Positions 50,001-60,878 of a stretch of DNA of 64,000 nucleotides are shown in pieces. Both the position numbers and the translations under genes were made by a program. Each line of letters starts with the position of its first letter. The first letter of the stretch is position 1. This stretch comes from Okamejei kenojei. Its lineage: Eukaryota. The stretch spans positions 30,442,001 through 30,506,000 of the forward strand of contig CM069160.1 in NCBI GenBank assembly GCA_035221665.1, written 5' to 3'. The notes beneath the pieces were generated by a model. The model was not told the origin of the DNA. It did not search any database and saw only the letters and a program-made list of their open reading frames with translations.

Positions 50001-51094
50001 GGATTTCCGCCCAGGCGTTCAACGGGGAAGAAGGAAAATCTGAAGGTTTGCATTCACGGTGCAGGTCTCAGAGATGGGTCGGGGAGGGATAGGACCAGTC
50101 TTGGAGTAATGGACAGGAGGTGTCAGGGGAGTATTTACTAGACGCCGCCAATCGGATGACTAGTCCACGGGAGTCTGGCTTGGATGGAGCTTGGAGAAGT
50201 ACCTGCGAGTGATTAATTATCAACACAAGTCACAGATAGAGACTGAAAGCTGGAGTAACTCAGCAGGGACAGGTAGCATCTCTGGGGAGAAGGGACGGGT
50301 GACGTTTCGGGTCGAGACAACTTCTTCAGACCTTCGTCCCCCATTCGAGGTCGAAGAAGTAGTCTCGATCCGAAAAGTCACCCATCCCTTCTCTCCAGAG
50401 GTGCTGCCTGTCTGAGTTACTCCAGCTTTTTGTGTCTATCTTCACCTTGAAACCAGCATCTGCAGTTCCTTCTTGCAGTTCTTCAACACAAGTCAGTCCC
50501 GAAACGTCACCTGTCCATGTTCTCCTGACCCGCTGAGTTATGCCAGCACTTTGTGCCTTTTTTCCCCAGCACAAGTCAGTTTTAGCTTCCAGTTAGTTTC
50601 GTTTAGCGATTCAGCATGGAAACAGGTCCTACCGCCTACCGAGTCCGTGCAGACCCCGTGCACACGTTCTAACTAACACCGTGGGGACAATTCACAGAAG
50701 CCAATTAACCCACAAATTTGTACGTCTTTGGAATGTGGGAGGAAACCAGAGCACCTGGATGAAACCCACGCGGTCACGGGGAGAATGTGCAAACTCCACA
50801 TGCAGACAGCACCCGAGGTCAGGATCGAACCCGGGTCTCTGGTGCTACAAGGAAGCAGCCCTATCGCTTCACTGCCCATTGTGTCTCTCGAGAACGTGGA
50901 CAGGTGACGTTTCGGGTCGGGGCCCTGTCTTCAGGGAAGGTCTCCTGCTTTGCAGTTCTCTCTTCCCACCTGCAGAGGGCAGTGCATTGGGGGGGTTGGG
51001 TTGGGTGGGGTGGGGTTGGGTAGGGTTGAGTTTGGTTTGGGAGTTGCTCTGGAGCCTTGGACCTCCCTCCATCCCTCTCTCCCGCCCGTGGTAT

Positions 51095-51238
51095 CTACGT
51101 GAGCCACTGGACGATGCACTTCTCAAACACGGTCTTGTTGCAGTGCCATTCTGTGTGATGTACGTTGGTCACCGTGAAGGTGGTGATCGCCTTGCGGGCA
51201 TCCATCGTCTTCAGGCCAAACGTGTCCTTGCGGTAAAT
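51095..51238 (-). CDS. PPT2: PPT2 last coding exon (IYRKDTFGLKTMDARKAITTFTVTNVHHTEWHCNKTVFEKCIVQWLT*)
   Basis: Phase-0 acceptor, 144 nt to TAG. Matches the human C-terminus VYLRDSFGLKTL..SHTAWHSN..CIEPWLS, including the catalytic His region. Confidence 0.96.
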   Translation of the reverse strand: MYRKDTFGLKTMDARKAITTFTVTNVHHTEWHCNKTVFEKCIVQWLT

Positions 51239-53910
51239 CTTGGTGGGAAGAAGGGAACAATCATAATCATAATCATACTTTATTCACCAAGTATGTTTTG
51301 CAACACACGAGGATGTTACATAGAAACATAGAAAATTCGGCCCTTCGAGCCAGCACCGCCATTCATTGCGATCACCCCCAATCAATAACCCGTGCCTGCC
51401 TTCTCCCCATATCTCTTGATTCCACTAGTCCCTAGAGCTCTAACTCTCTCTTAAATCCATCCAGTGACTTGGCCTCCACTGCCCTCCATGGCAGGGAATT
51501 CCACAAATTCACAACTCTCTGGGTGAAAAGGTTTTTACTCACTTGAGTCTTAAATGGCCTCCCATTTATTCTAAGATTTTGATTTGCTATACAGTCATAC
51601 CATTAAAAGGCAACCGAACACACAAAATACATTTTAACATAAACATCCACCACAGTGACTCCTCCACATTCCTCACTGTGATGGAAAGCAAAAAAAAGTT
51701 CAATTTCTTCCCTTCTTTGTCCTCCAGCCATTGGTGGCCTTGAAACTTCCGTTGACGGGACTATCTCACTCCTGTAACTGGAGGCGGGCCAACTCGTCAG
51801 GGTGATCAAGCTCCTGCATCCGGGGGGGGGGGGGGAAATCTCAGCTCCCCCGTGCCAGGGATTTACCCTGGGTCGGGGCTAATCGAACGCTGTACGGCTT
51901 TTGGGGCTCCCGACATCGGTCTCTACCCCAGACTGCGAGCTCCTCGATGGTGAAATCCATAGGCAGGGGATCGGCTCCAATGGTAAGTCCACGTCCCTAT
52001 GGTGGGGCTCAAAATCAGTCAATAGACAATAGGTGCAGGAGTTGGCCAGAACTAGGGGCCACAGTTTAAGAATAAGGGGTAAGCCATTTAGAACGCAGAG
52101 GAAACTCTTTTTCTCAGAGAGAGTGGCGAGTCTGTGGAATTCTCTGCCTTAGAAGGCGGTGGAGGCCGGTTCTCTGGATGCTTTCAAGAGAGAGCTAGAT
52201 AGGGCTCTTAAAGATAGCGGAGTCAGGGGATGTGGGGAGAAGGCAGGAACGGGGTACCGATTGGGGATGATCAGCCATGATCACATTGAATGGCGGAGCA
52301 GGCTCGAAGGGCCGAATGGCCTATTCCTGCACCTATTGTCTATGAAGTCTGTTTCTAGATAATTTAACAGTTTTTTTTCCCGCTATTGTTAGGTATTTCA
52401 TGAACGAAAGTCACCCATTTGCCTGGAAAGTTTAACTGAAATTCCCAGTGAGGAAAATTAAATGAGCTTCACGACCCGCAAGCAGGGGGTGGAATAGCGC
52501 CTCGAATCTCACGGTGAACACAATGGGGAAACAGAGAACTGCAGGTGTTGGTTTATACCAAAGATAGACACAAAGTGCTGGAGTAACTCAGCGGGTCAGG
52601 CAGCATCTGTGGAGAACATGGATAGGTGACGTTTTGGGTCGGGGCCCTGCTTCAGGCAGATCAGTCTGGAGAAGGGTCTCGACCTGAAACATCACCCATT
52701 CCTTCTCTCCAGAGATGCTGGGATTAGGAACAGGAATATTGCATTGTCACATGAAAGACTAGACACATTCAGTTCGAGACCGGCCATTATTGATGGCTGA
52801 TCATCAACTCAGTATCCCTAATCCCCTTTAACAACATCCACAAATATAGCAATGCCCTCAACTACCTGCAGGTTCCAGAGACTGTAAGAAAGAAAAAAGG
52901 ATTTCCCCCTTATCCTTAAGCTGACACTTCTCCTCGCATCTATGTTCCTCTTAATCTCCTAAATCCAGAGAGTATAAACCGAGTTCTGTCACAGTGGAAT
53001 CCGCACGTGAGATTATTTGCTTGGCCCCAAACAATGCAGCATTTTTGTACGTCCCAAAATCCTGGGGCGGTGCGCGGCACCGCGCGTCACTGCCTACCTC
53101 ACCACGCACCGTGTGTGCATCACGCGCGAGTTGCGACGCGTAAATGATGTTGCGAAAATTACGCATAAATGGCGCCCAAGTGGGGCAAGCCCTTCACAAA
53201 ACACGCTGGCTCCGCCTTTTGTCCCCCCTCCCTCATCCCCCCCACCCCCCATCACAGCGGTTCCCCCACGCCGACTCCTCCATCGTTCCCCCCACCCCCC
53301 CCCCACCGTGCTTCTCCACGTTCTCATCGACCACCGCCGTCTAGATGGTGTCAAGTTGGGGAAAGGGGAAGTCTTTGAGTTGCTGCCTTACAGCTAATGC
53401 AGCGCCACAGACCCGGGTTCGATCCCGACTGCGGGCGCTGTCTGTACGGAGTTTGCACGTTGTCCCCGTGACCTGCGTGGGCTTTCTGCAAAATCTTTGG
53501 CTTCCTCCCACACTCCAAAGATGCGCAGGTTTGTAGGTTAATTAGCTTGGTAAATGTAAAAATTGAACCCTAGTGGGTGTGGGATAGTGTTAGTGTGCGG
53601 GGATCGCTGGTGGGCGCGGACCTCATGTCTTCGGAGTGTGGGAGGAAACTGAAGATCTTGCAGAAAACCCACGCAGGTTACGGGGCAAGCGTACAGACAG
53701 CACCCGCAGTCGAGATCGAACCCGGGTCTCCCGCGCTGCATTCGCTGTAAGGCAGCAACTCTACCGCTCCGTCACCGTGACTGAGCTGGCTGGTCCCAGG
53801 GAAAGAGGAAAATTCCCCAATTTCTGTTATCAGGCAACTGAACCGTCGGGGATTTCACTTTCACCAGCTAGCCCCCCCCCCCCCCCCCACCACTGAGGAC
53901 AAGAACTCAC

Positions 53911-53965
53911 CAGTTGCTTCCTCATCTCCAACACCGTCTCATTCTCGTTATAAAACCCAAAGTGG
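53911..53965 (-). CDS. PPT2: PPT2 coding exon (SHFGFYNENETVLEMRKQL)
   Basis: 55 nt, ttttccAG acceptor and CTG|GTGAGT donor, phase 2-0. Matches human SFFGFYDANETVLEMEEQL. Confidence 0.95.
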
Positions 53966-54039
53966 CTGGAAAAGGGGAGAGAGAGTGAGATAGAGTCAGG
54001 GAGAGGGTGAGACAGAGACGGACAGCGGGGAGGGAGAGA

Positions 54040-55362
54040 CGGGGGTGGGGGGGAGGGAGAGAGGGGGTGGGGGGAGAGGCGGGGTGGGGGGAGAGGCGGG
54101 GTGGGGGGAGGCGGGGGGGGGAGGTGGGGGGGGGGGAGGGCGGGGTGGGGGGAGAGGCGGGGTGGGGGGAGAGGGGGTGGCGGGGTGGGGGGAGAGGCGG
54201 GGTGAGGCGGGGTGGGGGAGGGCGGGGTGGGGGGAGAGGCGGGGTGGGGGGAGGCGGGGTGGGGGGAGGCGGGGGTGGGGGGAGAGGCGGGGTGGGGGGA
54301 GAGGCGGGGTGGGGGAGAGGCGGGGTGGGGGGAGGCGGGGTGGGGGGAGGCGGGGTGGGGGGGGAGAGGCGGGGTGGGGGGAGAGGCGGGGTGGGGGGAG
54401 AGGCGGGGTGGGGGGAGGAGGCGGGGTGGGGGGAGAGGCGGGGTGGGGAGAGGCGGGGAGGTGGGGGGAGGCGGGGTGGGGGAGGCGGGGTGGGGGGAGG
54501 CGGGGGTGGGGAGGGCGGGTGTGGGGGGGCTGGTGGGGGGAGGCGGGGGGGGGAGGCGGGAGGCGGGGTGGGGGGAGAGGCGGGGTGGGGGGAGAGGCGG
54601 GGTGGGGGGAGAGGCGGGGTGGGGGGAGAGGCGGGGTGGGGGGAGAGGCGGGGTGGGGGGAGAGGCGGGGTGGGGGGAGAGAAGGCGGGGTGGGGGGGAG
54701 AGGCGGGGTGGGGGGAGGGGGGGGTGGGGGGAGAGGCGGGGTGGGGGGAGAGAGGCGGGGTGGGGGGAGAGGCGGGGTGGGGGGAGAGAGCGGGGTGGGG
54801 GGAGAGGCGGGGTGGGGGGAGAGGCGGGGTGGGGGGAGAGGCGGGGTGGGGGGAGCGGGGTGGGGGGAGAGGCGGGGGGGGGGAGCGGGGTGGGGGGAGA
54901 GAGGCGGGGTGGGGGGAGAGGCGGGGTGGGGGGAGAGGCGGGGTGGGGGGAGAGGGGTGGGGGGAGAGGCGGGGTGGGGGGAGAGGCGGGGTGGGGGGAG
55001 AGGCGGGGTGGGGGGAGAGGCGGGGTGGGGGGAGAGGCGGGGTGGGGAGAGAGAGGCGGGGTGGGGGGAGAGGCGGGGTGGGGGGAGAGGCGGGGTGGGG
55101 GGGGAGAGGCGGGGTGGGGGGAGAGGCGGGGTGGGGGGAGAGGCGGGGTGGGGTGGGGGGAGAGGCGGGGTGGGGGGAGAGGCGGGGTGGGGGGAGAGGC
55201 CGGGTGGGGGGAGGCGGGGTGGGGGGAGAGGCGGGTGGGGGGAGGCGGGGTGGGGGAGAGGAGGCGGGGTGGGGGGAGAGCGGGGGGGGAGAGGCGGGGT
55301 GGGGAGAGGCGGGGTGGGGAGAGGCGGGGTCGGGGTGGGGAGAGGCGGGGTTGGGAGAGGCG
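54040..55362 (+). repeat. G-rich minisatellite (GGCGGGGTGGGGGGAGA)n, ~17-bp unit, ~1.3 kb
   Basis: Directly visible. It generates the spurious Gly/Pro-rich ORFs. Confidence 0.97.
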
Positions 55363-55375
55363 GTGTAATTCCTAC

Positions 55376-55460
55376 CTTGACTGCCAGGGGGTGATCACAC
55401 CATCGTCGGGCCCACCGATGAGAACCAGTTGACGGAGCCTGAGGAAATTGTTCTTCCAGT
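55376..55460 (-). CDS. PPT2: PPT2 coding exon ([28 protein letters not shown])
   Basis: 85 nt with canonical splice sites. Contains the [17 protein letters not shown] catalytic-Asp region. Confidence 0.96.
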
Positions 55461-56849
55461 CTGGCGAAGAGTAGAACAATAGATGTCACGAGGGGGGTGG
55501 GCGGGTATTGGTCGGAGATTCTACACGCACTCTGGGACAATTTACAATTCTTATCCGAAGCCAATCAGCCGACAAACCCAGCATGTCTTTGGAATGCAAG
55601 GGGAAACCAGGGAACCTGGAGAAAACCCACAGGGCGGAGAGCACGTGCAAACTCCGCGCCAACAAGCACTCCGGCACTGTGAGGCAGCAACTCTAGCGCT
55701 GCGCCACTTAGCTGGGTGTTGGGCCACAGTCCTCGACCTCGCCTATGCAGAGAGTCAGCCACAGTTACCCTCCCCCCCTCTTATTTCCGAAACAGTGAGA
55801 TGCTACTAGGGACATCCCGTATTTTGGGCTAAATTGGTTTGTCCCGCACGGGACTGCCCTTGTCCCGTATTTGACTGCTACTACGCGGGTCGAGGGGACT
55901 GTCGGGTCGGAGCGCCACGTCCTGCCCCGCCTCACCGGTCCCGACGTAGTGCAGCCCATGGAGTGCAGCAGCAGCGCCTTGCCCGTGGCCCCGTCGGTCG
56001 GTCGGCAGCCCGGCCAGCTGTCCGAACTTTGGACCTTTGCCTACCGATGGAGTGCAGCAGCTGTGGCTCGCCTGCAGTCCGTTTGTCTTTTCTTTTTTTG
56101 TTTTCTTTTGTTCCGTTGTTTCAGTTTATTTCGGTTTATTTTAGTTGTGCATGTGTGTGTGGGGGGTGTTGGTGAAATATGTTTTTTGACTCTTTCTTCG
56201 GGGGGATGCGACCTTTCTTGCCGTATCCCCCATCTCCATCTCCGCTGAGGCCTATCGCGGAGCTGGCGGCCTCCAACTGGGACCGTCCTCGAGCCAGGAC
56301 TTACCAACGCGGGGCTGGCCGACTTCGGGGCTGCGGCTTCGGAGCCTCGGAGGCTTGGCCTCGGGCCCAGTGGATGACATCAACGTCGGGAGCTCGCGGG
56401 TCACGGGTTGGTGACCTGTTTTTCCGGAGCTCGCGCAACAACAGCTGCATCCGCTGGACTGGAGGGCGGCAGCTTCGACCGCCCCGGGCCGCGGAGTTTG
56501 AACCGGCCCGTTCGCGGAGCTCGGATTCAGCCGCGGGACTTACTTGCCATCACCCGGCGGGGTCACAACATCGGAGGCCTGGATCGCCTCAGTGCAGAGG
56601 GAGAACAAGGAGGGAAGAGACAAAGACTTAAGACTTTTGCCTTCCAGCACAGTGAGGAGGTGCCTGGTGGACTCACCGTGGTGGATGTAAAAACTGTGTT
56701 GAGTGTGTGTTTTGTTATTTATTCTATGTTATGACTGCAGACTAAACCATTTTGTTGTACTGAAAAGTGCAATGACAATAAATTGAATCAAATCAAACCA
56801 CTGACACCAGCACCACCCATCCTCATGGACGATCATCGGTTCATGAGTT

Positions 56850-57315
56850 ATAACCATATAACCATATAACAATTACATCACGGAAACAGGCCATCGCGGC
56901 CCTTTTAGTCCGTGCCACACTTTTTCTCCCCTAGTCCCATCTCCCTGCACTCAGACCATAACCCTCCATTCCTTTCCCGTCCATATACCTATCCAATTTA
57001 GTTTTAAATGATAAAATTGAACCTGCCTCCACCACTTCCACAGGAAGCTCATTCCACACAGCTACCACTCTCTGAGTAAAGAAGTTCCCCCTCACGTTAC
57101 CCCTAAACTTCTGTCCCTTAATTCTCAAATCATGCCCTCTTGTTTGAATCTTCCCTACTCTCAATGGAAAAAGCTTATCCACGTCAACTCTGTCTATCCC
57201 TCTCATCATTTTAAAGACCTCTATCAAGTCCCCCCTTAGCGTTCTGCGCTCCAAAGAATAAAGACCTGTCTTGTTCAAGCTTTCTCTGTAACTTAGGTGC
57301 TGAAACCCAGGCAAC
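56850..57315 (-). mobile_element. CR1 3' fragment with (AACCATAT)n tail
   Basis: MLPGFQHLSYRE..GYGLSAGRWD. Confidence 0.9.
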
Positions 57316-57726
57316 ATTGGAGTTGGATGGGGTGCCAGGCGAAAACTCCTCAGCTGATCCACCGGTTGGGCTTTGTGTGCAGTCCAGCACCCGGGCCAAC
57401 TCATCATTCACCCAGCCACGGCCGAGTCGGTCAACGAATTGCCTTCGGGAATTTGTCCCATATTTTGACCCTTTGTCCCTTATTTGGGAGTGGGAGAGTT
57501 GGCAAGCCTAGTGCCGCTCATCCTCATTCTCGCCGGGCAGTGACAGCTACATGGATAGGACAGGTTTGGAGAGATATGGACCAAGTGCAGGCAGGCGTGA
57601 CTAGTGCAGCTGGGACATGTTGGGCAGGTTGGGCCGAAGGGCCTGTTTACCCGCTGTACCACACTGCGACTGTGTCTATGCGGTGTACGGTGTATGGGGT
57701 AGTGAGGAGTCCTTTCTCTGCGTTAC

Positions 57727-57810
57727 CTGTGGCGTTGGGATTGTCCCTCTCGTTGTTGAGGAAGGCCAGGTAGTTATTGGAGCTGAGGTACAGGTCGTGA
57801 TGGTGCGGGT
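57727..57810 (-). CDS. PPT2: PPT2 coding exon (DPHHHDLYLSSNNYLAFLNNERDNPNAT)
   Basis: 84 nt, ttacAG acceptor and AG|GTAACG donor. Matches human DPHHDDLYLNASSFLALINGERDHPNAT. Confidence 0.95.
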
Positions 57811-57859
57811 CTGTAACAGGCGGAGAGCGAGGTCAAGGCAGGTACAGTAATAGAACACA

Positions 57860-57996
57860 NNNNNNNNNNNNNNNNNNNNNNNNNNNNNNNNNNNNNNNNN
57901 NNNNNNNNNNNNNNNNNNNNNNNNNNNNNNNNNNNNNNNNNNNNNNNNNNNNNNNNNNNNNNNNNNNNNNNNNNNNNNNNNNNNNNNNNNNNNNNN
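57860..57996. other. Assembly gap (137 N)
   Basis: Run of N. Confidence 1.
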
Positions 57997-58520
57997 ACAC
58001 ACACACCTGAAACACAGACACACACTCACACCTGAAACACAGACACACACACACACACACCTGAAACACAGACACACACCTGAAACACAGACACACACAC
58101 ACACACCTGAAACACAGACACACACTCACACACCTGAAACACAGACACACACCTGAAACACAGACACACACACACACACCCCTGAAACACAGGCACACAC
58201 ATACACCTGAAACATCACACACACACACACACCTGAAACACAGATGCCCACACAGACACATACACACACCTGAAACACAGTTGCCCACACAGACACACAC
58301 ACGAAACACAGATGCCCACACACATACACGCACCTGAAACAGACGCACACTGACAGGGAGAGACACACATGCACACACAGACTCTCACACATACAGGTTA
58401 CAGACACACGCACATACACACACACCTGAAACACAGATGCACACCGACACAGACACCGACACACACACACACACACACACGCACGCACACCTGAAACACA
58501 GATGTACACACACACACAGA
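57997..58520. repeat. Compound (CA)n / CCTGAAACACAG minisatellite; a second CA-rich tract lies at about 59090-59630
   Basis: Directly visible. Confidence 0.95.
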
Positions 58521-58925
58521 AACAATAGGTGCAGGAGTAGGCCATTCGGCCCTTCTAGCCAGCACCGCCATTCAATATGATCATGGCTGATCATCCCGAA
58601 TCAGTACCCCGTTCTTGCCATCTCTCCATACCCCCTGATCCCTTTAGCCACAAGGGCCACATCTAACTTCCTTTTAAATATCGCCAATGAACTGGCCTCA
58701 ACTACCTTCTGTCGCAGAGAATTCCAGAGACTCACCACTCTCTGTGTGAAAAATGTTTTCCTAATCTCGGTCCTAATGGAATTCCGTCTTATCCTTAGAC
58801 TGTGACCTCTTGTTCTGGATCTCCCCAACATCGGGAACAATCTTCCTGCATCTAGCCTGTCCAACCCCTTAAGAATTTTGTAAGTTTCCATAAGATTCCC
58901 CCCTCAATCTGCTAAAATTCTAGCG
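58520..58925 (-). mobile_element. CR1 3' fragment
   Basis: ETYKILKGLDRLDAGR..GIRGYGE. Confidence 0.88.
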
Positions 58926-59713
58926 AGACTTTAAGAAACAGTTAGACAGGTAAATGGATAGGCCAGGTTTGGAGGGATAGGGTCTAAATGCAGGCAAGTG
59001 AGACTAGGGCAGCTGGGACATGTTGGCCGGCTGTGGGCGAGTTGGGCTGAAGGGCCTGTTTCTACACTGTATCAATCTGTGACATTCACAGCAACAGACA
59101 CGCTGATACACACTGGCACACACACGCACGTACACACACGCATGTACACGCACATACACAGTATCGTGCGCATACTCAGACACGCATATAGACAGACAAA
59201 GACACGTACCCGCACACAAACAGACACAGGCATGCACACAGACACACTAACACACACACTGATAAACACAGTGACACACACTGACACATAGTGACGCACA
59301 CACAGATACCCCCTCACACACACACAGAGATGCATACACACACAGATACATACTGACACATGCAGAGATACACACACACACAGATACACACACTGACACG
59401 CATACTGACACACGCACACACAGAGATGCATACACACAGATTCATACTGACACACGCAGAGATACACACAGTGACACACGCTGACACGCATACTGACACA
59501 CACACACACACAGATGCACACACACACACAGATGCACACTCACACACACACAGAGATACACGCTGACACACACTGACACACACACACTTGCGCACAGACC
59601 CAGGCACACACTGACACACACTGACAGTGTGAATCTCAAGCTGTCCGTGACGTGTCACACACACCGAGCCTCACGCCGCCCGCGGTGGTGAAACGGACGC
59701 TGGCGCCTCTCAC

Positions 59714-59821
59714 CGTTCCAGTAGTTACAGATTGAGACGTGCTGTCCGATCTGCGTGTAGCAGAAGTGATAGAGATTGGTCTTCACGTACTTTGGGAAAA
59801 GCCACTTCAGGTAATCCGTGT
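59714..59821 (-). CDS. PPT2: PPT2 coding exon ([36 protein letters not shown])
   Basis: 108 nt, AG/GTGAG boundaries, phase 1-1. [10 protein letters not shown] and SICNYW are PPT2 signature strings. Confidence 0.95.
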
Positions 59822-59909
59822 CTGTCGGGAGAGAAGGATACTTGGTCACCGGATGGAGCATCCCCCACAGACCCCACCGACCAGAGACCCCCCCGACCCC
59901 CAGTGTACT

Positions 59910-60363
59910 TGGCGGGACTGACGTACGCTGAGAGAATGGAGCGGCAGGGCTTGTATACACTGGAGTTTAGATGGATGAGAGGGGATCTTATTGAAACATA
60001 TAAGATTATTAAGGGTTTGGACACGCAAGAGGCAGGAAACATGTTCCCGATGTTGGGGGAGTCCAGAACCAGGGGCCACAGCTTAAGAATCAGGGGTAAG
60101 CCATTTAGAACAGAAATGAGGAAAAACATTTTCACCCGGAGAATTGTGAATCTGTGGAATTCTCTGCCTCAGAGGGCGGTGGAAGCTGGTTCTCTGAATG
60201 CTTTCAAGAGATCTAGATAGGGCTCTTAAAGATAGTGGAGTCAGGGGATATGGGGAGAAGGCAGGAGCGGGGTACTGATTGGGGATGATCAGCCACGATC
60301 ACATCGAATGGCGGTGCTGGCTCGAAGGGCCGAATGGCCTACTCCTGCACCTATGGTCTATTG
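59910..60363 (+). mobile_element. CR1 3' fragment (others at about 61400-61945 +, 62140-62405 +, 62700-63170 -, 63250-63800 -)
   Basis: [33 protein letters not shown]. Confidence 0.88.
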
Positions 60364-60781
60364 TGAACCCAACACATAGGGCGGCACAGTGGTAGAGTTG
60401 CTGCCTCACAGCGCCAGAGACCCGGGTTCGATCCTGACCTACGGGTGCTGTCTGTGTGGAGTTTGCACGTTCTCCCCGTGACCGCGAGGGTTTTCCCCCC
60501 GGTCTGTACGTCTGCGGCGTATGGGACGAAACCGGGGCAAAAGCCACGCAGGTCACGGGGAGTACGTACAAACTCCACACAGACCGCACCCCTAGTCAGG
60601 ATCGAACCCGGGTTTGTGGGTCAGCAACTCTACCGCAGGGCCTACGTGACGCCTCTCCATGCCCGTCATATGACACAGAGAGCCTCCTCCCCCGGTGTAA
60701 ATGGCTCCACGGATGGGGAAGGGTCTGCTTCCTCCGCTCCCCTCCACCCCCACCTCCAACCCTGCGGGGTCCGGAACTCAC

Positions 60782-60878
60782 CTCCGTACTGGCCCAGCAG
60801 AGGGGCGGACAGAGATATCCAGGGTATCCACGTTGTGGTTGGGCATGGTGGAGATGATTCCCCGGCAGATCAGGCCAC
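60782..60878 (-). CDS. PPT2: PPT2 coding exon ([32 protein letters not shown]) with one extra base
   Basis: ccgcAG acceptor and GAG|GTGAGT donor. The translation matches the segment just after the PPT2 nucleophile motif (human GGLVCRALLS..HNVDSFISLSSPQMGQYG). The exon is 97 nt, and frame is restored by removing one C in the run at 60822-60824. Confidence 0.9.

Noticed and set aside
52760-52990. Heavily eroded CR1-like tract with many small deletions
   Set aside because: More likely a low-quality consensus or old decay than a distinct element.
53996-55564. Long 400-520 aa Pro-rich and Gly-rich ORFs
   Set aside because: Artefacts of a stop-free G-rich minisatellite inside a PPT2 intron.
57676-59664. 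Cys/Val-rich and His/Thr-rich ORFs
   Set aside because: Translations of (CA)n/(TG)n repeats and the N gap.
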